From Chthoniobacterales bacterium (GTDB lineage Bacteria; Verrucomicrobiota; Verrucomicrobiia; Chthoniobacterales; Chthoniobacteraceae), in contig JBBQZX010000013.1 of NCBI GenBank assembly GCA_038207335.1, positions 32,001 to 96,000 on the forward strand: a DNA stretch of 64,000 nucleotides. Reading direction: 5' to 3'. Positions 19,501 through 29,512 of this stretch are shown here, one piece after another. Each line of letters starts with the position of its first letter. Position 1 is the first letter of the stretch. The position numbers were made by a program, and so were the translations under genes. The notes under the pieces are model-generated. The model was not told the origin of the DNA, ran no database searches, and worked only from the letters and a program-made list of their open reading frames with translations.

Positions 19501-22151
19501 AGGCGAAATACCATGTTGGCGAGACGGCGCGGGTGCTGGTGAAGTCGCCGTTCACGGGCGAGGCGACGGTGAGCGTGGAGCGCGCGGGGGCGATCCGTCG
19601 GCAGTGGCAGGTGAAGCTGGAGGGGAACGCGCCGGTGATCGAGGTGCCGATCGAGAAGGGAGACGCGCCGAATGTTTTCGTATCGATGATGCTCGTGCGC
19701 GGGTCGGAGGCGAGCACGCGGAAATTCAAGACGCCGGAGTATCGATACGGCGTGTGCGACTTGAAGGTGGAGAACCCGGACGCGGCACTCGCGGTGACGA
19801 TCGCGCCGGAAAAAGCGGACGTGCAGCCGGGCGAAGAGGTCGTGTCGGTGGTGACGGTAAAGGGCGCGGATGGCAGGCCGGCGGTGGATGCGGATGTGAC
19901 GTTTTATGCTGTGGATGACGGCGTGCTGGCGCTGACGGGCTTCGAGCGGCCCGATCCGCTGGCGACGTTCAGCGAGCCTTTTCCGCTGAGCATCCGGACG
20001 GGGATTTCGTTGATGGAGTTGCTGGCGGAGGACCCGGCTGATCTCGGCTTTGCGAACAAAGGATACTTGATCGGAGGCGGTGGGACGGAGGGCCCGGGGC
20101 TGTCGTTGCGCACGAATTTCCCAGGCACGGCGGTGTGGCTGCCGTCGCTGCGGACGGGCGCGGATGGGACGGTGACGGCGCGCTTCAAGGCGCCAGATGC
20201 GCTGACGCGATACCGGCTCGTGGCGGTGGTGAGCGAGGGCGCGGGGCGTTTCGGCGCGGCTGAATCGGCGGTGGCGATCAAGAAGCCGCTGATGGTGCTG
20301 TCGGCGCTGGGACCCGTGGCGCACGTCAGGGATCGGCTCATCGCGCGGGCGGTCGTGCGGAATGAAAGCGGCGCGGATGGGACCGTAAAACTCACGCTGA
20401 AGCTGGACAACACGGCGACTGCGGCGGAGGAGCTGGCGTCTGCGTTCGCGCTGAAGAAAGGCGAGTCGCGGATGGTGGATTTTCCGGTGGAAATCCGCGC
20501 GATTGGGGATGGGCACTGGGTTTGGGAGGGGAAACTGGAGGCGGACGGGCAGACTTTTCACGATGCCGTGGAGGCGGTGGTGCGTGTCGATTCGCCCGCG
20601 CCGGTGCTGCGGGAGATTTACTTCACGGAGCTGCTGCAGCCGCGCAATGACTTGCTCGCGGGAGTGAATCCGCAACTGCTGGAAGGCACTGGCGCGATGA
20701 CCGTGACGCTCTCGAACACGCGCCTCGCATCGCTGCGGAGCGCCGCGGAGGAGCTGCTGAATTACCCGTACGGTTGCGCGGAGCAACTCGTGTCGAGCAT
20801 CGCGCCGTGGCTCACAGTCGCGGAGCTGGAGCCGGTGCTGCCGGGGGCGCTAAAGAATCGCGACGTGCAGAAAACGGTGCAGGCGGGCATCGAGAAGATC
20901 ATGACGCTGCAAACGAAATCCGGCGGCCTCGCCTACTGGCCGGGCAAGTCGGAGGCTGAGCTTTTCCCGACAGCATGGGCGGTGATCGTCCTCTCGCGTG
21001 CCGAGCGCGCGGGCGCGGCGCAGCCTGCCGGCTGGAAAGCAATGCTCGATTTTCTCACGAACTCGCTGCGCGGCGCGGCGAATGAACGGCCCGGGATGTC
21101 GCTGGAGGATCGTGTCTTCGCGGCCTACGCGCTCGCGCTCGCGGGCACGCCGGAGCCGGCGTATCACGCGGTGCTGCTGCGGCGGCGGGCGGAGCTTTCG
21201 CACGAGTCGCGCGCGCTCCTCGCGATGGCGATGATGCTCGGCGGCGAGAGGGGGAATGTAATCGCGACGCTGCTCGACCGGCGCGCGGAGGCAGGCGAAA
21301 GCTGGTCGTGGTTTGGCAGCCAGTCACGCTCGCTCGCGATCGAGCTGATGGCGTGGAGCCTTTACCAGCCGAAGGATCCCGAGGTGTCGCGGCTCGTCGC
21401 GGAGCTGCTCCAGGCGCGGCAAAATGGGAGCTGGCGCACGACGCAGGGCAACGCGTGGGCGCTGCTCGCGCTGTCAGAATACTTCACGCGGGTGGAGGGG
21501 AAGCTGATGCCGGTGAACGCGACGATGAGTCGCGCGGGCGTCGAGATTCCGGTCGCGCTGACGACCGAAAAACTGAGCCAGGCGTGGCCGTTCGAGTTCA
21601 CTGAAAATGCGCCGCTGGGGCCGCTGGAAGTCGCGAATCCGCAGAAGCGCAATCTCTTCGGCGAGACGAAATTCGTCGTGCGCCCGCCGGTCGCAGATCA
21701 GCCGCGGCAGGATCGCGGATACTCGGTGACGAGGCTTTACCAGAAACTCGGCGCGGACGGTGCGCTGGCCGATGCGGACGATCTCCGAGTCGGCGACCGC
21801 GTGCTCGTGACGCTGCACATCGAGACGCAGGTGCCCGGACATTTCGTCGCGATCGACGATCCGCTGCCGGCAAATCTCGAAGCCGTGAATCCCGAATTCA
21901 AAACGCAGCAAGTCGGCGGTGCGGGCGGACTCGCAGCAGCGTGGGACGCGGATTTCCGCGAAACGCGAACGGATCGCGTCGTCTATTTCTGCGACCACTT
22001 GCAAGCGGGCGCCTACACGTTCCGATACCTCGCGCGCGTCCGCTCGGCGGGTGAAGTCATCGCGCCCGCGACGAAAGCCGAAGAGATGTATCGCCCCGAG
22101 CGCCTCGGCCTCAGCGCCACCGCGCGGCTGAAAAGCGCACCGCCGAAATGA
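16542..22151 (+). CDS. yfhM: Bacterial alpha-2-macroglobulin
   Basis: 1869 aa with TDRPLYRPGE and thioester motif YPYGCAEQ, C-terminal AEEMYRPE, directly upstream of pbpC. Confidence 0.93.
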   Translation: MISRIFVWVVVLMMVIGSSKGAELMVQGDVFDPTKTLEVRFSTDMVSRDALGVAVKESPLVVSPELPGKWTWLSRRSGVFVPSEAPRLGTAYRLALREGLADAAGERLTQKIDRTLKTPAFEMTTVLPGASPEGSIGAQQEVRMAFDAEVKLETAKFTFIGGDGRSVPGEVRYAVKRDYFNVKPEQGDWTARWTGAKPVVVEPDDDDDDAPDPKAQAPLKDRIVVTPRGVLTPGLPWRLEMAAGLESLAGGYRIEKPRTFGLGTVLAFTLKSVATASYVNEGRSVTLAFEGRLAPDVDAGTFERFLKITPAVPELRLEADWDSTVLKGKFERGVEYTLRLDPSLLSSAGLPVSGELAHKFTFQPVVPRVYLPKFTGHQIAEGRRVFDVDSVNLSALKVTALLVESAAVADAIEAFKKYDRESGDDGAQDEPYQALAPGALKGRVIFEKKMALPDAAMDVEQRTSLDWNEILGARRTGCVLLTVEGVPMAIEGARTPAAQTLMQLTDLGVIWKVTEAGLRVNVFSMATGKALAGTKTVLLDEDRAPLANGASDAAGAVVLPVAEKMAWLRVSSGADAFTMRMGQGEELPMEGFGLRIWYNGWGGNAADAKDLEGLIFTDRPLYRPGEKVHVKGMVRRVDADGLAVEPGMAGVVRLLWPRGDRSTTVDIRTDAHGAFDATLELDSTSVGRFSMSSKMEGSRAVYSTSFQVAEFQPNAFEVAVEIPPRLAPGDAVSAAVSGKYFFGSPIAGADVKWTLQGGPTSFAREDYEGFTFISDLYNGLKTLTLRGEGKLDGSTKISPRLPEADHAPQRGTLTVEVTDVNQQTVSARRDFVRDASAFYLGLAMGDSNVLRVGEAITGTAIAVTPEGEPMEKPVKIKAALVRVVERTVRVQGAGGAVSFSSSTEEVPVETVEGATLMPERVGETWKAPKGASFTMKPVKAGSYRLSISSVDAGGHAVATERGFYVSGEAQLAWDFRNPAQVDLIADKAKYHVGETARVLVKSPFTGEATVSVERAGAIRRQWQVKLEGNAPVIEVPIEKGDAPNVFVSMMLVRGSEASTRKFKTPEYRYGVCDLKVENPDAALAVTIAPEKADVQPGEEVVSVVTVKGADGRPAVDADVTFYAVDDGVLALTGFERPDPLATFSEPFPLSIRTGISLMELLAEDPADLGFANKGYLIGGGGTEGPGLSLRTNFPGTAVWLPSLRTGADGTVTARFKAPDALTRYRLVAVVSEGAGRFGAAESAVAIKKPLMVLSALGPVAHVRDRLIARAVVRNESGADGTVKLTLKLDNTATAAEELASAFALKKGESRMVDFPVEIRAIGDGHWVWEGKLEADGQTFHDAVEAVVRVDSPAPVLREIYFTELLQPRNDLLAGVNPQLLEGTGAMTVTLSNTRLASLRSAAEELLNYPYGCAEQLVSSIAPWLTVAELEPVLPGALKNRDVQKTVQAGIEKIMTLQTKSGGLAYWPGKSEAELFPTAWAVIVLSRAERAGAAQPAGWKAMLDFLTNSLRGAANERPGMSLEDRVFAAYALALAGTPEPAYHAVLLRRRAELSHESRALLAMAMMLGGERGNVIATLLDRRAEAGESWSWFGSQSRSLAIELMAWSLYQPKDPEVSRLVAELLQARQNGSWRTTQGNAWALLALSEYFTRVEGKLMPVNATMSRAGVEIPVALTTEKLSQAWPFEFTENAPLGPLEVANPQKRNLFGETKFVVRPPVADQPRQDRGYSVTRLYQKLGADGALADADDLRVGDRVLVTLHIETQVPGHFVAIDDPLPANLEAVNPEFKTQQVGGAGGLAAAWDADFRETRTDRVVYFCDHLQAGAYTFRYLARVRSAGEVIAPATKAEEMYRPERLGLSATARLKSAPPK

Positions 22152-24373
22152 AGCGACGGCTTGCGAAAATCGCGCTCGCGCTCGCGCTGCTTGCGGTGGC
22201 GGTCGAGGTCGCGATTCTCTGCACGCCGCTGCCGCGCTCGCTAACGGACGGGCTCCCGCCGAGCGTGGAATTCCTCGACCGCGACGGCCATCCGCTGCGG
22301 CTCCTACTCGCGGATGAGTGCCGATTTTCGCGCCAGATCGCAACGCCCGATCTCGCCCCCGCGATCATCGATGCCACGCTCAGCGCCGAGGACAAGCGCT
22401 TCTTTTCGCACCACGGCATCGACCCGTTGGCGACCGCGCGCGCTGTGTGGCAGAGGATTCGCGGGGCATCGGTGGCCTCGGGCGCATCGACGATCACGCA
22501 GCAAGTCATCAAGCTCGCCGTCCCCGGCCAGCGCACCATCGCGCGCAAGCTGCGCGAAATTTGGCTCGCGCTGGCGCTCGAGCAGACGTGGAGCAAAGAG
22601 CGCATCCTGACGGAATATCTGAACCGTCTCGAATACGGGAATCTCTGCACAGGCATCGCCGCCGCGAGCCGCTTCTACTTTCAAAAACCGCCCGCCGATC
22701 TCAGCCCTGCGGAGGCTGCATTCCTAGCCGGAATTCCCCGCGCTCCGAGCCGCCTGAATCCCCGCACCGACCCCTCCGCCGCGCGAGCCCGTCAGCAGTG
22801 GGTGCTCGCGCGCATGGCTGCGAACCGCCGCATTGACGCCGCCACATTCTCCCGCGCGCTCGACGAGCCGCTGCACATCGCGCCGTCCGGCCGTCAATTC
22901 GAGGCCCCGCATTTCGTCGATCTTCTCCTCCACCGCAGTGGTCTCACGCCCGCCGCCGACGGCACTGTGCGCACGACCCTCGACCTCGCGCTCACGCATT
23001 TCGCAGAGGAGAGCATCGCGAAAAACGTCGCGCTCCTAGCCGACAAAAACGCCGGCAGCGGCGCCGCCGTCGTCATCGACAACGCCACCGGTGACGTCCT
23101 CGCGCTCGCCGGCTCCGGCGATTATTTCCAGACCGGTGACGGCCAGATCGACGGCGCGTGGATGGTGCGCTCGCCCGGCTCCGCGGTGAAACCCTTCACC
23201 TACCTCCTCGCGCTCGAGGCCGGCGCGGAGCCCGCGACTATCGTGCCCGACGTGCCGACCGAATTCGCCACGGACACCGGAATCTACCGCCCCAACAACT
23301 ACAACCACCGCTTTTACGGCCCCGTCAGCCTCCGCTTTGCGCTCGGCAATTCCCTCAACGTCGGCGCCATCCGCGCGCTCCAGATCGGCGGCGGCACGGA
23401 GGCGCTACATCGCTTCCTGCGAAAGTGCGGCATCACGACCCTCGGCCACCCCGCCGACTACTACGGCCTCGGTCTCACGCTCGGAAACGGCGAAGTCCGC
23501 CTGCTCGAACTCACCAACGCCGTCGCCGCGCTCGCGCGCCTCGGCACCTACCGCCCGTATCGCCTTCTCGCGCGCGCCGACATCGCGCCCGGCACTCGCA
23601 TTTCCAGTCGCGAGAGCGCATGGCAGCTCGCCGACATGCTCAGCGACAACGCCGCACGCCTTGCCTCATTCGGCTCGAATTCCTACCTCCACTTCGACTT
23701 CCCCGTCGCCTGTAAAACCGGCACCAGCAGCGACTACCGCGACAACTGGACAGTCGCCTACACCCCCGAGTTCAGCGTCGGCGTATGGGTCGGGAACCCT
23801 GATAACAGCAAGATGCGCGGCACCACGGGCGTCAGCGGTGCGGCGCCGATCATGCACGAAATCATGGCCCACCTGCACCAGCGCTTCGGCACCTCGTGGT
23901 TCGAACGGCCCGCGGTTTTGGGAAAATATCCGATTGATCCGCTGACCGGTCATCTCGTGGAAAGCACGCGGCCCGGCGCGCTCTCCGAGTGGTTTCGCAC
24001 GCCGCCGCGCGCGGATCCCAGCGATTACGCTGCAAGTGGAAAAGTGCGACTTTCACCAGCCTACCGCGAATGGATCACAGGCCCGCAAAACACGCTCGGC
24101 GCACTCGCCACCATCGCCGACACCGCGCCCGCGCTGCGCATCATCGAGCCCGAACCGGGGAGCATCTATTACATCGACTCCGACCTCCCCGCGGAGAGCC
24201 AGTGGATCCCACTACGAGCCGAGGGCGGAGGCGAAATCGCATGGACCGCCGACACAGCATCGCGACTTGAAACCGCGCGCCTCTACCTCGGCGAAGGCCG
24301 CCACGACTTGATCGCCAGTGATTCCGCCACCGGCGCAAAAGCGCAGACATGGATCGAAGTGCGGGTGTGGTGA
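22148..24373 (+). CDS. pbpC: Penicillin-binding protein 1C
   Basis: Transglycosylase motifs EDKRF and GASTITQQ. Transpeptidase motifs SAVK, SLN and KTG. ATGA overlap with the macroglobulin gene. Confidence 0.93.
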   Translation: MKRRLAKIALALALLAVAVEVAILCTPLPRSLTDGLPPSVEFLDRDGHPLRLLLADECRFSRQIATPDLAPAIIDATLSAEDKRFFSHHGIDPLATARAVWQRIRGASVASGASTITQQVIKLAVPGQRTIARKLREIWLALALEQTWSKERILTEYLNRLEYGNLCTGIAAASRFYFQKPPADLSPAEAAFLAGIPRAPSRLNPRTDPSAARARQQWVLARMAANRRIDAATFSRALDEPLHIAPSGRQFEAPHFVDLLLHRSGLTPAADGTVRTTLDLALTHFAEESIAKNVALLADKNAGSGAAVVIDNATGDVLALAGSGDYFQTGDGQIDGAWMVRSPGSAVKPFTYLLALEAGAEPATIVPDVPTEFATDTGIYRPNNYNHRFYGPVSLRFALGNSLNVGAIRALQIGGGTEALHRFLRKCGITTLGHPADYYGLGLTLGNGEVRLLELTNAVAALARLGTYRPYRLLARADIAPGTRISSRESAWQLADMLSDNAARLASFGSNSYLHFDFPVACKTGTSSDYRDNWTVAYTPEFSVGVWVGNPDNSKMRGTTGVSGAAPIMHEIMAHLHQRFGTSWFERPAVLGKYPIDPLTGHLVESTRPGALSEWFRTPPRADPSDYAASGKVRLSPAYREWITGPQNTLGALATIADTAPALRIIEPEPGSIYYIDSDLPAESQWIPLRAEGGGEIAWTADTASRLETARLYLGEGRHDLIASDSATGAKAQTWIEVRVW

Positions 24374-24417
24374 TTGGAAGACGAGCGACTTTCGGGCGCG
24401 GGCGTGCACCCCTCAGA

Positions 24418-24813
24418 TCACACTCGGACCCGATCAAGGACCGCGCGTTTCCAGATCGGCACGTGGCGCTTCATTCGATCGATCGCGGCGGAACAGAATG
24501 CGAGTGCTTCGCTGCGATGGGCGGAGAAGATGCGGATGAATAGCGACGCCTCGCCGACGGGGACGACTCCGAGACGATGGATGAATACGATGGCGCGGAC
24601 GGGGTGTGGGGCGGATAAATCGTCGAAGATTCGTGCGAGCTGTTGGGATGCCATCGGCTCGTAAACGCTGTATTCAAGCGCCTTCAGCGGCTGTTCATTC
24701 TCTAGCTCGCGGACGATTCCGTAGAATTCCACGCACGCGCCGATCTCGCGCGACGGCAGCGTGATGGGCGGTGGGACGATCTCGGTTTCGATGAAAAGTA
24801 TGCTCGTTTCCAT
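24418..24813 (-). CDS. moaE: Molybdopterin synthase catalytic subunit
   Basis: GACVEFYGIVR, HRLG, SAHR and KRHVPIWK motifs. Confidence 0.92.
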   Translation of the reverse strand: METSILFIETEIVPPPITLPSREIGACVEFYGIVRELENEQPLKALEYSVYEPMASQQLARIFDDLSAPHPVRAIVFIHRLGVVPVGEASLFIRIFSAHRSEALAFCSAAIDRMKRHVPIWKRAVLDRVRV

Positions 24814-24817
24814 GAGT

Positions 24818-25048
24818 CTAGCCGCCGCTGACCGGTGGAATGAGCGCAAGTTCGCGGGCGGTGCCGATCGGAGTGTCCCAGTCGTGATATTCACAATCGA
24901 CGGCGACGCGCATGGACGTGGGATCGAGCGTGGGCGCGATGCGGGCGAGGATGGCGCGGGGCGTTTCGGTGGTGTTGCACTCGATCTCGCGCTCGCGGAA
25001 GCCGAGTTGGTCCTGCGCTATTGAGAAGGCGAGAAGGGTGAGCAGCAT
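24818..25048 (-). CDS. moaD: Molybdopterin synthase sulfur carrier subunit
   Basis: 76 aa ending ALIPPVSGG, directly upstream of moaE. Confidence 0.92.
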   Translation of the reverse strand: MLLTLLAFSIAQDQLGFREREIECNTTETPRAILARIAPTLDPTSMRVAVDCEYHDWDTPIGTARELALIPPVSGG

Positions 25049-25196
25049 AGATGCCTGAAGGTTGAAAGACGCGGGTTGTGGGCTTGGAAACGAGAATCGC
25101 GGAGGCGGGGAATGCGGATCAACTCCCGTCTGCGATTTTGAACTCGATTCAGGCTTTGCGCTTCGCCGGTGAGTGGTGCGCGGATAAATTGCCGGC

Positions 25197-26390
25197 ATGA
25201 TTTCTCTCGCGGATGCGCGCGCTTTGATTGCCGAAAATGTCACTCATCTCGACGCAGAGGAGGCAAGTTTGAATGAAGCGCGGGGGCGGGTTCTTCGGGC
25301 GGATGTTGTGGCGGCGGAGGATTTTCCGGCGTTCGATCGATCGGCGATGGATGGGTATGCGGTGAGTTTTGAGGATGGCTCGGAGAGCTTTGCCGTCGTC
25401 GGCGAAATTCGTCCGGGTGAGGCAACGGATTTGCGGCTCGGGGTGGGGGAATGCGCGCGGATTTTCACGGGCGCACCGATGCCGGTGGGCGCGTCGCAGG
25501 TGCTGATGCAGGAGCATGTGAAGTGCGAGGGCTCGACGATGACGCCGCTTTCGCGGGACAACACACGGCATGTGCGGCGGCGTGGCGAGGATGCGCGGGT
25601 GGGCGATGTTTTGCTGCGCGCGGGTATGCGGCTCGGGGCAGCGGAGATGTCGTTGCTGGCTCAGGTCGGGGCGATCGCGCCGCGCGTTTCGCAGCAGTCA
25701 CGGGTCGTGCATTTTGTGACGGGAGATGAGCTTGTGCCGCCGTATGCGACGCCGGGGGAGGGGCAGATTCGGGATTCAAATTCGACGCTCGTGGCGGGTT
25801 TGCTCGCGGAGGTGGGCGCGCTGCTCGTGCAGCAGCGGCATTGCCACGACGATCTCTCGGCGCTCGTCGGCGAGGTGCGCGCGATCCCGGAAACCGCGTG
25901 GGATGTGCTGCTGATCTCGGGCGGCGCGAGCGTCGGCGATTACGACTTCGGCGCGGCAGCGCTGACTCAGCTCGGCTTCGTGATTCATTTTCGCTCGGTG
26001 AATTTGCGGCCCGGGAAGCCGCTGGTTTTTGCGACGCGCGGACGGCAGGCGGCGTTCGTGATCCCGGGAAATCCCGTGTCGCATTTCGTCGTGTTTCACG
26101 TTGCGATCCGACACGCGCTGGAGCGGCTCGAAGGCGCGGAAGCCGCATGGGAGCTCGTTTCTGTGGCGCTGGATGCGGAACTGAGCGCAGCGACTGGGGA
26201 TCGCGAGGCATTTCTGCCCGCGCACGTTTTTGCGAGCGGCGGGGAGTTGAAAGTGCGTCCGCTTGGGTGGCGCAGTTCGGGGGATTTGTGCGGGTTGGTT
26301 TCGGCCAATGCGCTGATCCATTCGCTGCCGGGCGAGGCGGCGCGGGCGGCCGGCGCGCACGTGAATTGCCTGTTGCTCGATCGGCGCTGA
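25197..26390 (+). CDS. moeA: Molybdopterin molybdotransferase
   Basis: SAMDGYA, IFTGAPMP, TGDEL, SGGASVGDYD, PGKP and PGNPVS motifs. Confidence 0.95.
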   Translation: MISLADARALIAENVTHLDAEEASLNEARGRVLRADVVAAEDFPAFDRSAMDGYAVSFEDGSESFAVVGEIRPGEATDLRLGVGECARIFTGAPMPVGASQVLMQEHVKCEGSTMTPLSRDNTRHVRRRGEDARVGDVLLRAGMRLGAAEMSLLAQVGAIAPRVSQQSRVVHFVTGDELVPPYATPGEGQIRDSNSTLVAGLLAEVGALLVQQRHCHDDLSALVGEVRAIPETAWDVLLISGGASVGDYDFGAAALTQLGFVIHFRSVNLRPGKPLVFATRGRQAAFVIPGNPVSHFVVFHVAIRHALERLEGAEAAWELVSVALDAELSAATGDREAFLPAHVFASGGELKVRPLGWRSSGDLCGLVSANALIHSLPGEAARAAGAHVNCLLLDRR

Positions 26391-26408
26391 GCGCGCTTTT
26401 CTCGACTC

Positions 26409-26873
26409 ATGAGCGCAACCGATCCGACTCCGAAATTCTCGCATCTCGATGAAACGGGAGGCGCTCGAATGGTCGATGTCGGGCACAAGCCGGAGCAGCG
26501 GCGGACGGCGGGTGCGGAGGGTGAGGTGCGGTGCCGCGCGGAGACGATCGCACTTTTGCGCGAGCAGGCGCTGCCGAAAGGCGACGTGCTGACGGTGGCG
26601 AAGATCGCCGCAATCCAAGCTGCGAAGCGGACGGACGAGTTGATCCCGCTCTGCCATTCGCTGCCGCTGAACGCGGTCGAAGTCACATTTTCGATCGAAC
26701 CGGAGGCGGTCCGCATTTTCTCCGAAGTGACGACGACGGCGAAAACCGGCGTGGAAATGGAGGCACTTACGGCGGTGAGCGTGGCGGCGCTGACGATCTA
26801 CGACATGTGCAAGGCGGTGGACAAAACGATGACGATCGGCGGCATCCGCGTGACGGAGAAACGCAAGGAATGA
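26409..26873 (+). CDS. moaC: Cyclic pyranopterin monophosphate synthase
   Basis: [20 protein letters not shown] and YDMCKAVD motifs. Confidence 0.96.
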   Translation: MSATDPTPKFSHLDETGGARMVDVGHKPEQRRTAGAEGEVRCRAETIALLREQALPKGDVLTVAKIAAIQAAKRTDELIPLCHSLPLNAVEVTFSIEPEAVRIFSEVTTTAKTGVEMEALTAVSVAALTIYDMCKAVDKTMTIGGIRVTEKRKE

Positions 26874-27340
26874 AGGCGGCGCGCATCACGCTGAGCGACC
26901 GGGCGAGTGCAGGGATTTACGAGGACCGGAGCGGGCCGGAGATCGAGCGCGTGTTCGCGGAATGCTGTGTTGAAGCGGTTTCGTGGGCGGTCGTGCTGAT
27001 CCCCGACGAGCGCGCGCGCATCGAGGCGGAGCTGCGCCGACTCGCCGATGTGGAGCACTGCGACCTCATCGTGACGACTGGCGGAACCGGCCCCGCGCCG
27101 CGCGATGTGACGCCGGAGGCGACGCGCGCGGTTCTGGAACGTGAGCTGCCGGGCTTCGGTGAAATCATGCGCTCGCAGTCCTTTGCCAAAGTTCCGACGG
27201 CGATCCTCTCGCGCGCAACAGCGGGCACGCGCGGGCGGACGCTGATCGTGAACCTGCCGGGAAATCCGCGCGCCATCGGTGAGTGCCTGCCGCTGGTGAT
27301 GCCCGCGATCCTGGAGGCGCTGCGGCATTTGGGGGAGTAG
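26870..27340 (+). CDS. mog: Molybdopterin adenylyltransferase (MogA/MoaB)
   Basis: [31 protein letters not shown] and NLPG motifs. ATGA overlap with moaC. Confidence 0.92.
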   Translation: MKAARITLSDRASAGIYEDRSGPEIERVFAECCVEAVSWAVVLIPDERARIEAELRRLADVEHCDLIVTTGGTGPAPRDVTPEATRAVLERELPGFGEIMRSQSFAKVPTAILSRATAGTRGRTLIVNLPGNPRAIGECLPLVMPAILEALRHLGE

Positions 27341-27380
27341 CGGACCCGCCGGAACGCCGTTCCCACCGCCGGTTTCGGCA

Positions 27381-28406
27381 TCACCGCCGCGGGGGTTGGA
27401 TCAGGAGTTCGTCCAGAGTCCGCTCGATGTAGCGGTCGTTTGGCTGTCCCTCGACCTGGCGCTTGAGAAGGTAGGCTTGGCCGGATTCCGCGCCCGGTTT
27501 CCACTCGAAAGTCATGTCGCTTCGCAGATCCATTCGACCTTTCGTCTCGATGTCCCAATAGTCGCGCAGCCCTCGCACCGCGTAGAGCACCGTCGCCAGG
27601 TCCGCGACGTGCCGGCTTTTCTGCGCGCCGAAATAGTGGAAATACGCCATCCGCACCGGGTTCCCCGGCGGCGTCCTGGAGAGGCTTGCTCCGATTTGCA
27701 GGCCGCTCGGCACGGAGCCAATCTCACGTCCGACGAAGATCACCGAACCCGGCCAGTCGCGTATCGTCTCGTAGGCGGCTGGCGCTTCGCGCTGAAAGTT
27801 CACGTTGCCGAGTTTCAAATCGTCCTTCGGCGGACTGCCGATGAAATTGCCGCCCATGCAGACCCATTGCCTGGCCTTTTGCCGAATCAGTTCGCGCCCG
27901 GCGGGGTGCCTGCCGTCTGACGGCAGGCGCAGGAGATTCCGCAGGTTCGTCAGGTAGCCGACGGTGACGATGACGACCGACCGATCCGGCTGCTTTTCCA
28001 GCACATCGCGGTAGATCAATGTGGCATCCGGCACCTCGGCTCCCGCTTTGAAATCATTCGAAAAGTCCTCGCCGATGCGCTGGCTGAACTTCGATTTTTC
28101 CAATACACCGCCGTGCTTCACCATGCCTACGGGCAGGTCCGGCCGCCCGTAGTATGTATTGATCGCGTCCACCGCAGCCGCCGACCATGGATCGTCCGAA
28201 CTGGCGACCGTTGCGAGGATTTCGCACTCGCCATCGTCCGCCAAAGCATGGAGGACAGCCAGCGCGCCAGCATCGTCGCAGTCCGTCATCATATCCGTGT
28301 CAAAAAAGATTTTGACCGGTGCCGCCGTCACGACGCCGAGCGACAGCGCGAGCGCACCGATCACCGTTGCCATTCGAAATCCGCGGTTCGTCGCTGATTC
28401 AAACAT
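27381..28406 (-). CDS. Secreted nucleoside hydrolase (IU-NH) family protein
   Basis: DTDMMTDCDD Asp cluster, GYLTNL and MGG motifs. Signal-like N-terminus (alternative start 28373). Confidence 0.8.
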   Translation of the reverse strand: MFESATNRGFRMATVIGALALSLGVVTAAPVKIFFDTDMMTDCDDAGALAVLHALADDGECEILATVASSDDPWSAAAVDAINTYYGRPDLPVGMVKHGGVLEKSKFSQRIGEDFSNDFKAGAEVPDATLIYRDVLEKQPDRSVVIVTVGYLTNLRNLLRLPSDGRHPAGRELIRQKARQWVCMGGNFIGSPPKDDLKLGNVNFQREAPAAYETIRDWPGSVIFVGREIGSVPSGLQIGASLSRTPPGNPVRMAYFHYFGAQKSRHVADLATVLYAVRGLRDYWDIETKGRMDLRSDMTFEWKPGAESGQAYLLKRQVEGQPNDRYIERTLDELLIQPPRR

Positions 28407-28424
28407 TTCGGGGTGGCAGCGCGA

Positions 28425-29438
28425 TCAACCGCCGAGAAGCGACATTTCCGCTTTTGGGGCGGCGGAGGTTTGGGAGGAGCGGAGTTCGGAGTAGCGGTCG
28501 CTGCGCTCGATCCATGTGCCCGCGATGATCGCCGTGAGTTGGGCTTCTGTGGCGCCGTCGCGGAGCGGTGCGCGGAGGTCGCGGCCTTCGCTGGCGAAAA
28601 GGCAGGTGTAAAGTCGGCCGTCGGCGGAAAGACGGGCGCGGGTACAGTCGCCGCAAAAGGGCTGCGTGACCGAGGAGATCACCCCGATCTCACCGCCGCC
28701 GTCGCGATGCCGGAAGCGCCGGGCCACCTCGCCGCGATAGCTCGCTGGCATGGCATCCAGCGGCATCTCCGCCGAGATGCGGTCGATGATCTCCGCCGCG
28801 GAAACGACGTCGTCGAGGCGCCAACCATTGGTCGAGCCGACGTCCATATATTCGATGAACCGTAGGACAAAATCTGTGCCGGAGAAGCGTCTCGCCATCG
28901 GGACGATGTCGCCGTCGTTCACGCCGCGCTGCACGACCATGTTGATCTTGATCGGAGAAAATCCGGCGGCGAGCGCGGCGTCGATGCCTCGCAGTACGCG
29001 GGCGACTGGGAACTTCACGTCGTTCATTTTTGCGAACCGCGTCTCGTCGAGGGAATCGAGGCTGACTGTGAGGCGCTGCAACCCGGCGTCGTGGAGAGAG
29101 AGCGCTTTATCCGCGAGCAGCGAGCCATTCGTGGTGAGCGTGAGGTCGCGGACGCCGTCGATGCTGGCGAGCATTTCGATGAGGCGCTCGAGGTCCTTTC
29201 GAAGCAAAGGCTCGCCGCCGGTGACGCGCAGCTTTTCCGCGCCGAGGCCGACGAAGATTCGGGCAAGGCGCGCGATTTCCTCGAAGCTGAGGATTTCGCC
29301 GCGAGGCAGAAACGCGTAATCGCGGCCGAAGATTTCCTTCGGCATGCAATACGTGCAGCGGAAGTTGCAGCGATCGGTGACGGAAAGGCGCAGGTCGCGC
29401 AACGGGCGTCCGAGGCTGTCTGGCAAAGGATGCGGCAC
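28425..29438 (-). CDS. moaA: GTP 3',8-cyclase
   Basis: Radical SAM motif [23 protein letters not shown]...CL and C-terminal GG. Confidence 0.96.
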   Translation of the reverse strand: MPHPLPDSLGRPLRDLRLSVTDRCNFRCTYCMPKEIFGRDYAFLPRGEILSFEEIARLARIFVGLGAEKLRVTGGEPLLRKDLERLIEMLASIDGVRDLTLTTNGSLLADKALSLHDAGLQRLTVSLDSLDETRFAKMNDVKFPVARVLRGIDAALAAGFSPIKINMVVQRGVNDGDIVPMARRFSGTDFVLRFIEYMDVGSTNGWRLDDVVSAAEIIDRISAEMPLDAMPASYRGEVARRFRHRDGGGEIGVISSVTQPFCGDCTRARLSADGRLYTCLFASEGRDLRAPLRDGATEAQLTAIIAGTWIERSDRYSELRSSQTSAAPKAEMSLLGG

Positions 29439-29512
29439 GGGGCGGAGAGATACGACGGGATGAGGTGCGGCGCAAGCGCAGCAGCGTGCGACTGGGTGAA
29501 GCAGAGGAGCTC

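Noticed and set aside
25049..25196. Moco riboswitch in the moaD/moeA divergent region
   Set aside because: No recognisable conserved structure by eye. A covariance-model search would be needed.
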